DNA of 64,000 bases from an uncultured virus (IMG/VR IMGVR_UViG_3300027971_000053) (lineage: Duplodnaviria > Heunggongvirae > Uroviricota > Caudoviricetes). Under the pieces are notes generated by a model. That model was not told the DNA's origin. It worked only from the letters and a program-made list of their open reading frames with translations, and did not search any database. The stretch lies in the IMG/VR virus record IMGVR_UViG_3300027971_000053; one strand, written 5' to 3'. The translations under genes were made by a program, and so were the position numbers. Positions 16,509 to 26,891 of this stretch are shown one piece after another. Each line of letters starts with the position of its first letter. Position 1 is the stretch's first letter.

Positions 16509-19250
16509 ATGAGCGAACGTTGGCCTGGCGGCTTAATTAACAAAACAGCACCTGTACCTAGTGGAACGTACCAAGATAGTACGGCTCCTGGCATTTGGAC
16601 TATGGATCAACAAGCCTATTGGAAACAACAAGGTCTTTGGCCCATTCCAGGTAACATTAACCCAAGCGCATTTATTGAAAACTTGTTTAGCACTTATTTG
16701 TATACAGGTACGGGCGCAGCTCAAACAATTACCAACGGCATTCAATTAGGTGATGGTTATGTAAGCGGCGGCACTGGAGGTAGCGGTTTATTTAACGGTA
16801 CTACGGGTTATTTATCTGTTCCAACGGGGTCGGCTTTAAACTTATCTGGTGATTTTACAGTTGAATGCTATGTGTACCAAACAAATAGCGTAGGCTATCA
16901 AGGAATATTTGGTAATGGAGAATACCCAAGCAGTGGACAAGTAGTTATTGGAATAGCAGATGGAAACCCAATATTTTATATGAGTGGCGGGAGTAGCTGG
17001 GCAACATTTATTACACCAACTACCATTATCCCAAATTATAGCTGGACCCATATGGCTGTTACTTGTTCTGGTTCAACATTTACTATGTGGATAAATGGAG
17101 TAAGTGTAGGAACATCTACCTATTCAGGAACAAGAGCTACCCCTAATTCTACAAGCGTAATTGGTCGTTTATATCCAGTTACTGGTGGTTTTTATATAAA
17201 TGGGTATCTTTCTAATTTAAGAGTTGTTAAAGGCACGGCTCTATATACCAGCACATTTACACCATCATCTTCTGCCCTAACCGCAGTATCAGGAACACAA
17301 TTACTTTGCTTGCAGGGTACAACACCGTTTGTAGACAATTCTACTAATGCTTTAACTATTACAGTTAATGGTGGTACTACTGCTAGTACATCTGGTCCTT
17401 TCCCTTATTCCTATACAGCGGGTAAAGGTGGTCTTACTTGGATAAAAAGTAGAAGTGGCGCAACAGGGCATCGTCTTACAGATACAGTAAGAGGCGCAAC
17501 AAAATCACTTGCGTCAAATTCTACAGACGCAGAAGCAACTGAAAGTACAGGTTTGACTGCTTTTGGTTCTACAGGATTTACTATTGGTGCAGATACAGAT
17601 TACAACACAAGCGCAGCAACATATTGCTCTTGGACATTTCGTGAACAACCTAAGTTCTTTGATGTAGTTACTTATACTGGTAATGGTAGCGGTAGTAATA
17701 GAACTATAAGTCATAGCCTTGGCTCTGCGCCAGGTATGATAATTTTAAAAGTTACAAACTTGGCTGGTGATGATTGGTATGTGTACCACAGAAGTATCCC
17801 AACTAGAGTATTAGCTTTAAATTCTACAAATATTACAGACCCATCACCAGCGCAATTTGTTTTTGGAAATGGAACAACTGTTGTTGCGCCTACAAGCACA
17901 AATTTTACTATTGGTAGCACAGTAAACCCCAACGGTTACACATTTGTAGCCTACCTATTCGCCCATGACGCTGGTGGTTTTGGTACAGCAGGAACAGATA
18001 ATGTGATTACTTGTGGTAGTTTTACTACTGATGCAAATGGTAATGCAACAGTCAATCTTGGTTATGAACCACAGTATTTAATGTATAAATCTTCATCCGC
18101 TGTTGGAAGCTGGACTGTATTAGACACAATGCGTGGATTTTGTGCGACTAACCAATCATCAAATAGATTGGCAGTTCAGTCAACTAGTGCTGAAAGTGCA
18201 GGTCTTGGTGGCTCACCTTCTGCTACAGGATTTTATGGGGATGATGCAAACTATTTTGCAGCTTCTAATACAACCTACATCTACATGGCAATCCGTAGAC
18301 CAATGGCAGTCCCAACTGTTGGTACAAGTGTGTTTATGCCTGTAGCTAGAACTGGAAACGGCTCAAGCAATACAACCGTTACAGCTGGTTTTCCTGTTGA
18401 TATGATTTGGAACGGTATTCGCAATTTTGCTGGAGAATACCCAGCTTATTATGACCGTCTAAGAGGCAACAATAGAATTTTATACTCTAACGCTACAAAT
18501 GCAGAATTTTCAACTGCATCTGTAGAAGTTGCGTTTAACCCTAGTAACGCTAACACAGGAATTACGCTTGGGATAAACAATAATCAAATTAATGGTAATG
18601 GCTACGGCTATGTAAATCATTTTTTCCGCAGAGCATCAGGATTCTTTGATGAGGTTTGTTATACAGGAACAGGAAGTTCAACTACACAAGCGCACAATCT
18701 TGGTGTAATTCCCCAAATGATAATTTATAAGCCAAGAACAACTGACTCAGCAACTGGGGGTCAATGGGCTGCTCTGACTAGTAATAATAGTGGGGTTTAT
18801 TATTTCCAACTTCTTAACTCAACTCTTGGTAATATCGGCACAGACACAGCAGCTAATTATGGTTTGACTGCTTCAACATTTAATCCTAATATAGTAAACT
18901 GGAATACATCTGGGGTATCTTATGTATCCTACTTATTTGCTACTTGTCCTGGCGTATCTAAAGTTGGCTCTTACACAGGCACAGGCGCTACTCAAACTAT
19001 TGACTGTGGATTCACTGGTGGCGCTAGATATGTATTAATTAAACGCACCGACTCTGCAGGCAATTGGTGGGTTTGGGATACAGCTCGTGGAATGATAAGC
19101 GGTACAGACCCTAAATTAGCATTGAACGATACAGCCGCAGAAACCAACGCAAACTGGGTATACACCGCAACTACAGGATTCCAAATCGTTACGACAGATG
19201 CTACCGTAAATGTCTCTGGTGGAAGTTACATCTTCTTGGCGATTGCATAA
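16509..19250 (+). CDS. Tail fibre/receptor-binding protein with LamG/ConA-like domain and internal repeats
   Basis: DFTVECYV...WTHMAV...MWING...NGYLSNLRVVKG; duplicated FDxVxYTG...HxLGxxPxMIIxK blocks. Confidence 0.75.
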   Translation: MSERWPGGLINKTAPVPSGTYQDSTAPGIWTMDQQAYWKQQGLWPIPGNINPSAFIENLFSTYLYTGTGAAQTITNGIQLGDGYVSGGTGGSGLFNGTTGYLSVPTGSALNLSGDFTVECYVYQTNSVGYQGIFGNGEYPSSGQVVIGIADGNPIFYMSGGSSWATFITPTTIIPNYSWTHMAVTCSGSTFTMWINGVSVGTSTYSGTRATPNSTSVIGRLYPVTGGFYINGYLSNLRVVKGTALYTSTFTPSSSALTAVSGTQLLCLQGTTPFVDNSTNALTITVNGGTTASTSGPFPYSYTAGKGGLTWIKSRSGATGHRLTDTVRGATKSLASNSTDAEATESTGLTAFGSTGFTIGADTDYNTSAATYCSWTFREQPKFFDVVTYTGNGSGSNRTISHSLGSAPGMIILKVTNLAGDDWYVYHRSIPTRVLALNSTNITDPSPAQFVFGNGTTVVAPTSTNFTIGSTVNPNGYTFVAYLFAHDAGGFGTAGTDNVITCGSFTTDANGNATVNLGYEPQYLMYKSSSAVGSWTVLDTMRGFCATNQSSNRLAVQSTSAESAGLGGSPSATGFYGDDANYFAASNTTYIYMAIRRPMAVPTVGTSVFMPVARTGNGSSNTTVTAGFPVDMIWNGIRNFAGEYPAYYDRLRGNNRILYSNATNAEFSTASVEVAFNPSNANTGITLGINNNQINGNGYGYVNHFFRRASGFFDEVCYTGTGSSTTQAHNLGVIPQMIIYKPRTTDSATGGQWAALTSNNSGVYYFQLLNSTLGNIGTDTAANYGLTASTFNPNIVNWNTSGVSYVSYLFATCPGVSKVGSYTGTGATQTIDCGFTGGARYVLIKRTDSAGNWWVWDTARGMISGTDPKLALNDTAAETNANWVYTATTGFQIVTTDATVNVSGGSYIFLAIA

Positions 19251-19259
19251 AGGACTAGT

Positions 19260-19916
19260 ATGTTTGGAATAACCGCATTCGCCCAGTCGCCATTTGCCGC
19301 ATTAGGTGGGGCTGTTTTTGGAGTAGACGTATCCGAGTCGTTTACTTCTACTGATGTGTTTGCGGGGTCTGCTGTGTTTTCTGGTGTTTATGCCGATTCT
19401 ACTGGAATAACAGACGACGTTCCAAACCAATTTAACTTCTTCTTAAATATTACAGAAAGCTACTCAGCTGAAGAGGCGCTGGGCAATATCAGCGTTTACG
19501 ACCTGGCCCTTGTTGATGCGTTTACGGCAACAGACTCGCTTTTGTTTGGGTTTGTATATCCATTAAGCCTAGCTGATTCTTTATCATTAACCGATGCACA
19601 AAATGTAACGTCGTTGTTTATTACAACCGTAGCGGAAACGATGACCGTAACAGAGGCTTTAACAGGCGGCTTCTTCTACGGCGTGACTAGAGCAGAAACT
19701 GCTACGTTTACAGATGCAACTACAGCGCAATACGCTTTTGGGCCAACTGTTGCAGAAGCAATAACTGCCATAGATACATTACCAGCAACCGCTATATACA
19801 GACCAACAGTCTCAGACACAATGACGTTAACAGACGCCCCAATTGGACGTGGTTGGTTTAAAATTGTGGATGACCAAACCCCTAACTGGGTTCAAATTAA
19901 TAACGACCAGGCTTAA
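19260..19916 (+). CDS. Tail-associated protein
   Basis: MFGITAFAQSPFAAL start, periodic E/D-S/T-x-x-x-x-D repeats, C-terminal W..I...Q.PNW. Confidence 0.6.
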   Translation: MFGITAFAQSPFAALGGAVFGVDVSESFTSTDVFAGSAVFSGVYADSTGITDDVPNQFNFFLNITESYSAEEALGNISVYDLALVDAFTATDSLLFGFVYPLSLADSLSLTDAQNVTSLFITTVAETMTVTEALTGGFFYGVTRAETATFTDATTAQYAFGPTVAEAITAIDTLPATAIYRPTVSDTMTLTDAPIGRGWFKIVDDQTPNWVQINNDQA

Positions 19917-19925
19917 AGGACAACC

Positions 19926-21368
19926 ATGCCAACAACGTACTCAAGCAACCTAAAAATTACCTTAATTGGCGATGGTGAACAAACCAACGTCTGGGGCGGC
20001 ACAACAAACACAAACCTAGGCACTCTTTTAGAGCAAGCTATTACAGGGGTTAGTGGCGTAGGTGCGGGCAATACTGCTATTACTATGACGGGTTCGGCAG
20101 ACTATGTGCTAACAAATAACGATGGTGCAGTAAACCAAGCACGTAATGCGGTGTTGGTAGTCAATGGCGCTAGTAGTGGAGGGTACGCTGTTGTTACTCC
20201 GGCTGGTCAGCAAAAAGTGTATATCGTTAATAACAAGCTAACAACCGGTGCGGTTATTGTTAAGCCAAGCGGTGGTACAGGTGTATCTGTCCCCAACGCC
20301 ACAACAATGATTCTTTACACAGACGGCACAACTACACAGGCGGTTAACTACGCCCCCCCTGCCAGCACAGCAACAAACTTAGCAGGCGGAACAGCAAACG
20401 CTATTCCTTACCAATCAGGCCCCGACAGTACAACGTTTTTAAGTAGCGTTTCTGGCGATGCTGGTAAGGTATTAACAAGTAACGGAACGTCTGCCCCTTC
20501 TTGGACTACTGTTTCTGGTGGTGGCGGAACAGCGAACGCTATTGTTGGTGGTAGTGCTGGACAGGTTTTATACCAATCAGGTACAAGCGCAACAAACTTT
20601 ACTTCAATTGGTTCTAGTGGGGCGCTTTTACAAGCCAACAGCACATCGCCACCAACTTGGACTACTAACCTTTCTTTAACTAGCGCCGCTTTTAGTGGTG
20701 CGGTAAGTGCTTCAACTTACTATGTTGGTAACGCAAGTAATTATATTAACCAAACCAGTAACGAAGTTTTTGTTATTGCAGGTGGTACAACAAGCGCTAA
20801 GTTTGCTACTAATGGAATAGGCACATCTAATATTGTTGCAACTGGCGGTATTGGTTGCGGTAATGCTTTTTATGGTAATTACAACCTAACAGTAAAAGGC
20901 CAACCGTTTCAATCTGCAGCATATGTAGAAAACGGTTCTGGTGGGCAAGGTATAGCTGTCCTTGCTTCTGGTAGCGGGACTATTAACGCAATGGCTTTTT
21001 ACTACAACAACGTTGCAGTTGGTGTTGGAATTATTGCTGTAACTTCGGGTGGAACAAGCTATAACACATCATCAGATCGTAGACTTAAATCTAATATTGC
21101 TGACTTAAAAGATGTTGGGGCAACCATTGACGCGCTGCAACCAAGAACATATACATGGAATTCCACCAAAGAAAGCGCTAAAGGATTTATTGCTGATGAA
21201 TTGCAAAAAGTAATTCCTAGCGCAGTTCACGGAAAACCAGGTGCAGTAGATAAAGACGGTAAACCAGAATACCAAATGCTTGACGCTTCTACTCCAGAGA
21301 TGATAGCTTTGTTGGTTTGCGAATTACAGTCTTTACGTAAACGTGTTGCTGCGTTGGAAGCTAAATAA
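19926..21368 (+). CDS. Tail fibre/spike with C-terminal intramolecular chaperone (peptidase S74-like)
   Basis: WGGTTNTN N-terminus; TSSDRRLKSNI cleavage motif, GFIADE, terminal coiled coil. Confidence 0.8.
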   Translation: MPTTYSSNLKITLIGDGEQTNVWGGTTNTNLGTLLEQAITGVSGVGAGNTAITMTGSADYVLTNNDGAVNQARNAVLVVNGASSGGYAVVTPAGQQKVYIVNNKLTTGAVIVKPSGGTGVSVPNATTMILYTDGTTTQAVNYAPPASTATNLAGGTANAIPYQSGPDSTTFLSSVSGDAGKVLTSNGTSAPSWTTVSGGGGTANAIVGGSAGQVLYQSGTSATNFTSIGSSGALLQANSTSPPTWTTNLSLTSAAFSGAVSASTYYVGNASNYINQTSNEVFVIAGGTTSAKFATNGIGTSNIVATGGIGCGNAFYGNYNLTVKGQPFQSAAYVENGSGGQGIAVLASGSGTINAMAFYYNNVAVGVGIIAVTSGGTSYNTSSDRRLKSNIADLKDVGATIDALQPRTYTWNSTKESAKGFIADELQKVIPSAVHGKPGAVDKDGKPEYQMLDASTPEMIALLVCELQSLRKRVAALEAK

Positions 21369-21559
21369 TGTTTATATTTACTTGGTTGTTTGATAAGCTA
21401 GGTTACATGCCTAAAATTGATATGCAAATAGGTAAAGTCAATCTTAATGTAAAGCCTTGGCCTTTTCCAGAAGTAGAAATTAAATCTTTGGCGGAAGAAC
21501 CAGTACCTATTAAAAAACCAGCGGCAAAGAAAACTACCCGCACAAAGAAGGTGAAATAA
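21368..21559 (+). CDS. Small hypothetical protein
   Basis: Coupled ORF with WPFP motif and Lys-rich tail. Confidence 0.55.
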   Translation: MFIFTWLFDKLGYMPKIDMQIGKVNLNVKPWPFPEVEIKSLAEEPVPIKKPAAKKTTRTKKVK

Positions 21560-21568
21560 AAGTGTGCT

Positions 21569-22021
21569 ATGTCCGACCCATTTGGTTTATCCGAAGGAGT
21601 AAAAACTCTTAGTGGAAGCCTAGATGCAAGTCGGGAGGCTAGTAAAGGGCTATCTAAAAGTATTGAAGATGTACAGCACGATGCAGTAGATGTAGCCCAA
21701 AAGCAAGCTAACGAACGTATTAGAGCAAGAAGAGAAGCAGAAGCAAGAAAAGAAATAGCGTTGATTAAAGCGCTTGAGTCCTGGAAGCATAAGAAACAGA
21801 TCTCTGATGAAGAGGCAAAATTAAAAATTGATTTTGTTAGGAAGTATGGCGCTAAAGAATGGGAAGCGGTGCTTAAAATTAAACTAGATATTGAAAACAT
21901 GCAAAGAAAAGACAACGAAGAGTATCAGCATGATTTAAAAGCTGTTAGGCGGGTACAGTTGTACTGTTTTGCACTTGCAGCATTAATTGCGTGGTATTTA
22001 ACTTGGGGTTATAAAGGGTAA
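21569..22021 (+). CDS. Coiled-coil protein with C-terminal membrane anchor
   Basis: LYCFALAALIAWYLTW tail; adjacent to lysis genes. Confidence 0.6.
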   Translation: MSDPFGLSEGVKTLSGSLDASREASKGLSKSIEDVQHDAVDVAQKQANERIRARREAEARKEIALIKALESWKHKKQISDEEAKLKIDFVRKYGAKEWEAVLKIKLDIENMQRKDNEEYQHDLKAVRRVQLYCFALAALIAWYLTWGYKG

Positions 22022-22026
22022 ATAAT

Positions 22027-22521
22027 ATGGATTGGCTTAAACAAATTGCACCTACTATCGCTACTTGCTTGGGCGGCCCTCTTGCGGGTCTTGCTGTCAC
22101 AGCAATTTCTAAAGTATTGGGAGTTGATGAAAATAAAGTCCAAGATGTTATTGACAGCGGTAAATTAAACGCTGACCAAATCGCTAGTTTGAAACAGGCA
22201 GAAATTGAATTAAAAGATCATGCACAACAACTAGGTTTAAATTTTGAACAGTTAGCCGTTCAAGATCGTGCGTCTGCCCGTGACTTACAAAAAGAAACTA
22301 AATCAATAGTTCCACCAGTGTTATCTATCTTGGTAACTGTTGGGTTCTTTAGCATTTTGATCGGGTTGATGTCTGGCAAGATTATGACTTCCGATGCCCT
22401 AATGTTAATGCTAGGCTCTTTAGGTACAGCATGGACAGGAATTATTGCTTTCTATTTTGGTAGCTCTGCAAGTAGTCAAGCCAAAGACCAAATGATTCAT
22501 AACAGTACACCAATAAAATGA
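22027..22521 (+). CDS. Putative holin
   Basis: APTIATCLGGPLAG, DRASAR, two C-terminal TM helices ending FYFGSS; precedes endolysin. Confidence 0.65.
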   Translation: MDWLKQIAPTIATCLGGPLAGLAVTAISKVLGVDENKVQDVIDSGKLNADQIASLKQAEIELKDHAQQLGLNFEQLAVQDRASARDLQKETKSIVPPVLSILVTVGFFSILIGLMSGKIMTSDALMLMLGSLGTAWTGIIAFYFGSSASSQAKDQMIHNSTPIK

Positions 22522-22949
22522 CACAACTATCAGTACACTTTACCCTTGAAGAGCTAACTCACACGGACCACCGTGAGTTTGACAACACCCCAAATTCTGC
22601 AGAAACCGCTAACCTTATTCGTTTGGCTGGGCTTTTAGAAGACGTCAAGAGCGTTCTTGGCGGCAAACCAATCATGGTTAACAGCGCCTTTAGATCAAAA
22701 CAAGTCAATGATGCTGTGGGTTCTAAAGACACTAGTCAGCACCGTATTGGTTGTGCGGCAGATATTCGTGTGCCCGGTATGACGCCAGATGAGGTAGTTA
22801 AAGCAGTGATTGCTTCTGGTCTTGGATACGATCAAATCATTCGTGAGTTTGACAGGTGGACGCATATCAGCGTACCTAACACAAAAGACATGACACCACG
22901 CCGCCAAGCGCTTATCATTGATAAATTAGGAACACGCGTCTACGCCTAG
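22518..22949 (+). CDS. Endolysin, peptidase M15A family
   Basis: HFTLEEL...NSAFRS...SQHRIGCAADI...WTHIS. Confidence 0.85.
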   Translation: MTQLSVHFTLEELTHTDHREFDNTPNSAETANLIRLAGLLEDVKSVLGGKPIMVNSAFRSKQVNDAVGSKDTSQHRIGCAADIRVPGMTPDEVVKAVIASGLGYDQIIREFDRWTHISVPNTKDMTPRRQALIIDKLGTRVYA

Positions 22950-22960
22950 GGTTAACCCGT

Positions 22961-25009
22961 ATGCCATTACAGAAACTACAATTTAAACCCGGAGTCAACA
23001 GAGAGTCTACAAACTACGCTAATGAAGGTGGTTACTACGACTGCGATAAAATTCGTTTCCGTTCTGGTCAGCCAGAAAAACTTGGGGGGTGGACTAGGTT
23101 TTCTTCCAATCAGTATTTGGGTATTTGCCGTTCATTGTGGAATTGGTCTACTTTAGGTGGCGCTAACTACTTGGGTTTAGGTACAAGCAAAAAATACTAT
23201 ATTGAATACGGCTCAACGTATTACGATGTTACACCTCATATTTACAGCGATAGCCCCGCATTAACTGGGCCGTTTTCAGCAAGCGTTGCTAACGGAGCTA
23301 CCATAACTGTTACTGATGGTCAATACACGCCAAACGTAGGCGACTACATTAATATTACTGGGGCTGTTGGGCTGGGCGGAAACATTACAGCTGCTGTCTT
23401 AAATAAAGAATACGTAGTTACGCAAGTAGGTTCAGGTACTTATAAAGTTGTAGCTTATTCTTCTCAAGTTAGGGCTGGCTCATTTGTTATTGGTCAGAGC
23501 TACACAATTCAGTATTTTGGTACTACAGACTTTACTTTATATGGCGCTGCATCTAATACTTTAGGTTTAACTTTTACTGCTACTGGTGTAGGTGTTGGCT
23601 CTGGGATTGCTGGTGTTCCAGTATTGGCTAATGCAAGTGATACTGGTACTGGCGGTTCTGCGGTGGTTGTTAAATATCAATATCCTGTTGGTAACGACTT
23701 TTCTACAGTAGGTAATGGTTGGGGTACAGGCCCTTGGAGCCGTGGTGGTTGGGGTTCTGGGTATACGTCAGGTATTGTGCAACAGCTTCGCCTTTGGTCT
23801 AACGACAACTACGGGCAAGATTTAGTTATTGCCCCACGAGGTGGCGCTATCGCATACTGGTCAAGCGCCGGTACAGTAAATACTCGAGCTGTTCCACTAA
23901 CTACGTTGGCTGGGGTTTACGCTCCGTTGGCAACAAATCAAGTTGTAGCTTCGGCTATTCAGCGCTTTGTTATTGCTATGGGGGCAAACCCCTATATACC
24001 GGGTACGCCAAACACAACGTTTGATCCGATGCTAGTTCGTTGGTCAGATCAAGAAGACCCGCTTGAGTGGGTTCCGGCAGCAGTAAACCAAGCAGGAGAG
24101 TTCCGTCTTAGTAATGGTTCTTTCATCATGCAGTCAATTGCTACCCGCCAAGAAATTTTAATTTGGACGGATTCTGCTTTATATTCAATGCAGTATTTAG
24201 GCGCTCCTTATGTGTGGGGCTTTAATATATTGGCAGACAACATTTCCAGCATGTCGCCTAAATCAGCTATTACAGTAAACAACGTAACGTACTGGATGGG
24301 TAAAGATAAGTTTTATGTGTATAGCGGGCGTGTTGAAACCTTGCCTTGCACACTGCGCCAGTACGTATTTAACGATATTAATCAAGACCAGGCGTTCCAA
24401 GTATTTGCAGGTAGCAACGAAGGATACAACGAAGTATGGTGGTTCTATTGTTCAGCAAATTCAAATGTTGTTGACAAATACGTTATCTACAACTACCTAG
24501 ACAATGCGTGGTACTACGGCACTATGGGTAGAACAGCATGGTTAGATTCTGGTATTCAACCATATCCAATTGCCGCAAACTATGAAGATCGTCTTCTTAA
24601 CCACGAGCAAGGTACAGACGACGTATCTGGTACACAACCACTTCCGATTGTTGCCTATGTGCAGTCTTCAGATTTTGATATTGGAGACGGCTATAACTTT
24701 GGATTTGTGTGGCGTATTCTGCCAGACGTTAACTTTAACGGTTCTACCGAAAACAACCCCTCTGTAACGATGACAATAAAACCTCGTCAAAACTCAGGCA
24801 CTCCTTATGGAGCTGCCGATAACCCGCAAGTTATTAGTGATGATGAGTACAAAAATCAAAGAGCATACAACATCCAGCTATTTACTGGGCAGGTATATAC
24901 CCGTATTAGAGGGCGACAAATGGCTTTTAGGATTGAATCAACTGGCATAGGGGTGGCTTGGCAGTTAGGCAGCCCACGTATTGATATTCGACCAGACGGA
25001 CGTAGATAA
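22961..25009 (+). CDS. Tail nozzle / P22 gp10-like stabilisation protein
   Basis: FKPGVNRE start, VRWSDQED, ILIWTD, beta-propeller-like repeats, RPDGRR end. Confidence 0.65.
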   Translation: MPLQKLQFKPGVNRESTNYANEGGYYDCDKIRFRSGQPEKLGGWTRFSSNQYLGICRSLWNWSTLGGANYLGLGTSKKYYIEYGSTYYDVTPHIYSDSPALTGPFSASVANGATITVTDGQYTPNVGDYINITGAVGLGGNITAAVLNKEYVVTQVGSGTYKVVAYSSQVRAGSFVIGQSYTIQYFGTTDFTLYGAASNTLGLTFTATGVGVGSGIAGVPVLANASDTGTGGSAVVVKYQYPVGNDFSTVGNGWGTGPWSRGGWGSGYTSGIVQQLRLWSNDNYGQDLVIAPRGGAIAYWSSAGTVNTRAVPLTTLAGVYAPLATNQVVASAIQRFVIAMGANPYIPGTPNTTFDPMLVRWSDQEDPLEWVPAAVNQAGEFRLSNGSFIMQSIATRQEILIWTDSALYSMQYLGAPYVWGFNILADNISSMSPKSAITVNNVTYWMGKDKFYVYSGRVETLPCTLRQYVFNDINQDQAFQVFAGSNEGYNEVWWFYCSANSNVVDKYVIYNYLDNAWYYGTMGRTAWLDSGIQPYPIAANYEDRLLNHEQGTDDVSGTQPLPIVAYVQSSDFDIGDGYNFGFVWRILPDVNFNGSTENNPSVTMTIKPRQNSGTPYGAADNPQVISDDEYKNQRAYNIQLFTGQVYTRIRGRQMAFRIESTGIGVAWQLGSPRIDIRPDGRR

Positions 25010-25314
25010 TGGCTGTTCAATTAAAAAACACACTGCTGCGTGGAACTAAAGCGCCTAACTTACCTACCTCGCCAACAGGGTACGACTCCCGGTTTCAAGA
25101 GCAATTTAGTAATGCCCTGCGCCTTTACTTTACGCAGATAGATAACTTTAGCCAAGCTATGGCTGTACCCCTTTCCGGGACAACCGCAGAAAGACCTGTT
25201 CAATCGGTACAAGTTCCCTTACAAATAGGGCAGTATTACTACGACACCACGCTAGACAGACCTATATTTTGGAACGGAACTGTGTGGAAAAAAGCTGACG
25301 GAACAACCGTTTAA
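25009..25314 (+). CDS. Tail-associated hypothetical protein
   Basis: APNLP...LRLYF...GTTAERP...YDTTLDRPIFWNGTVW. Confidence 0.6.
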   Translation: MAVQLKNTLLRGTKAPNLPTSPTGYDSRFQEQFSNALRLYFTQIDNFSQAMAVPLSGTTAERPVQSVQVPLQIGQYYYDTTLDRPIFWNGTVWKKADGTTV

Positions 25315-25352
25315 ATGATAAACTTGACACCAAATAACCCCAAGGTACGCTT

Positions 25353-26882
25353 ATGAGCTTACACACCCTAGCTAAACACGTCCAACAAAAAGGACGTGGC
25401 AAAGACCAGATGCTTGTACATATGTCCCCTAGAGAGGTACAGGGGTTACAGGCGCTTGCTAAAGCCAGTGGCGGTAGCTTAACAATTAACCCAGAAACAG
25501 GGTTAGCAGAAGCAGGGTTTTTAGAACAGGTTCTTCCTATTGTGGCTATGGCTGCGGCAACTTATTTTACGGCTGGTGCTGCTGCCCCTGCTCTTAGCGC
25601 TGCTTTGGGTAGTACGATGGCTGGTGGTATTGCCGCGGGTACGCTAGCTGGTGCTGGTGTCGGTGCTATTGGCGCTGCTGCTCAAGACAAAGACGTTGGT
25701 CAAGGTGCCCTTTATGGTGGTCTTGGCGGCGCTATTTCAGGTGGTATGGGCGCTTATGGCGACGCCAATGTGTTTTCTGGTGCTGGCGCTACTCCTAGCC
25801 CTGATGTAGTTAACAAAGTCGCATTAGATGCTTCTGTTACAGGACAAATCCCCGGTCAAAGTGGAGCTGCATTAACTCCTGTTGAACAAGCGACTATGGA
25901 TCCAAATGCGGGTTTAGCTGGTACAACACCTGGAATGCCTACTCCACCCCCTCCTCCTACACAAGCAGGGTTAGATGCTGCGGCACAAAGTGGACAAGCT
26001 AGAATTGATGCTCTTAATAAGTTAGATCCTTCAGCCAATGCGTTTGGTAGTACTCCTGGTCGTGGTGCTGAGCAGGCTTTGTATCAAGCTGAAAACTTAG
26101 CTAGACCAACGGAAGTAGGCAACATCTACCCAGACCTTAAAGCTCCACCAGGAGCAGAGCCAAGCTACTACAGCACAATGAGTACCCCCGGTAAACTATT
26201 AACTCAGACTTTGCCGGGCATGACTGCCGATATGGGCATGAACACACCCGAAGGACCTCCTGGACCTGAAGCCTATGTAAGTTCGGCTACGCTATCACCT
26301 AATTTTAAAGGCTATACCCCAGAGCCACCAGACCCACGATATAGAGCGCAGTACACACGTTACGCCGCTGATGGTGGTTTGATGGCTTTAGCAGGTGGTG
26401 GTATGCCAGAAGATATTAAAAAGAAAAAACAACGCGCTAGCTTAACTTCTGATAGAACTATGGCGGCTATGAATGCTGATCAAGCTGGGTTAGCAATGCT
26501 TAACAACGCCCGCTATGGCGCTAATATGACTGGCGCACCCCCAATGTCTTCTATGACTCTTGGTGATTTGCCTACTCCTGTTGGTGCGGCTGGTGGCGGT
26601 TTAGCTGATTTAGGCGGTTACTCAGATGGCGGTCGTTTATTGAAAGGTCCTGGCGATGGTATGTCGGATAATATCCCTGCTCAAATCGGTCGTAAGCAGC
26701 CAGCACGTTTGGCTGACGGCGAGTTTGTTGTACCTGCTGATGTTGTGTCTCATCTTGGTAATGGTTCCACTGATGCAGGCGCTAAACGTTTATACAGCAT
26801 GATGGATAAAGTGCGTCAAGCACGTACAGGCAAAAAGAAACAAGCGCCTGCAGTTAACACAAATAGATACTTACCGGTATAG
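25353..26882 (+). CDS. Putative internal virion/DNA ejection protein
   Basis: GRGKDQMLVH...INPETGL, Gly/Ala hydrophobic stretch, GPGDGMSDNIPA...LADGEFVVPADVV. Confidence 0.65.
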   Translation: MSLHTLAKHVQQKGRGKDQMLVHMSPREVQGLQALAKASGGSLTINPETGLAEAGFLEQVLPIVAMAAATYFTAGAAAPALSAALGSTMAGGIAAGTLAGAGVGAIGAAAQDKDVGQGALYGGLGGAISGGMGAYGDANVFSGAGATPSPDVVNKVALDASVTGQIPGQSGAALTPVEQATMDPNAGLAGTTPGMPTPPPPPTQAGLDAAAQSGQARIDALNKLDPSANAFGSTPGRGAEQALYQAENLARPTEVGNIYPDLKAPPGAEPSYYSTMSTPGKLLTQTLPGMTADMGMNTPEGPPGPEAYVSSATLSPNFKGYTPEPPDPRYRAQYTRYAADGGLMALAGGGMPEDIKKKKQRASLTSDRTMAAMNADQAGLAMLNNARYGANMTGAPPMSSMTLGDLPTPVGAAGGGLADLGGYSDGGRLLKGPGDGMSDNIPAQIGRKQPARLADGEFVVPADVVSHLGNGSTDAGAKRLYSMMDKVRQARTGKKKQAPAVNTNRYLPV

Positions 26883-26891
26883 GAGAACAAA

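Noticed and set aside
14035..19250. Diversity-generating retroelement acting on fibre genes
   Set aside because: No reverse transcriptase and no adenine-specific template/variable repeat pair seen; similarity is ordinary paralogy
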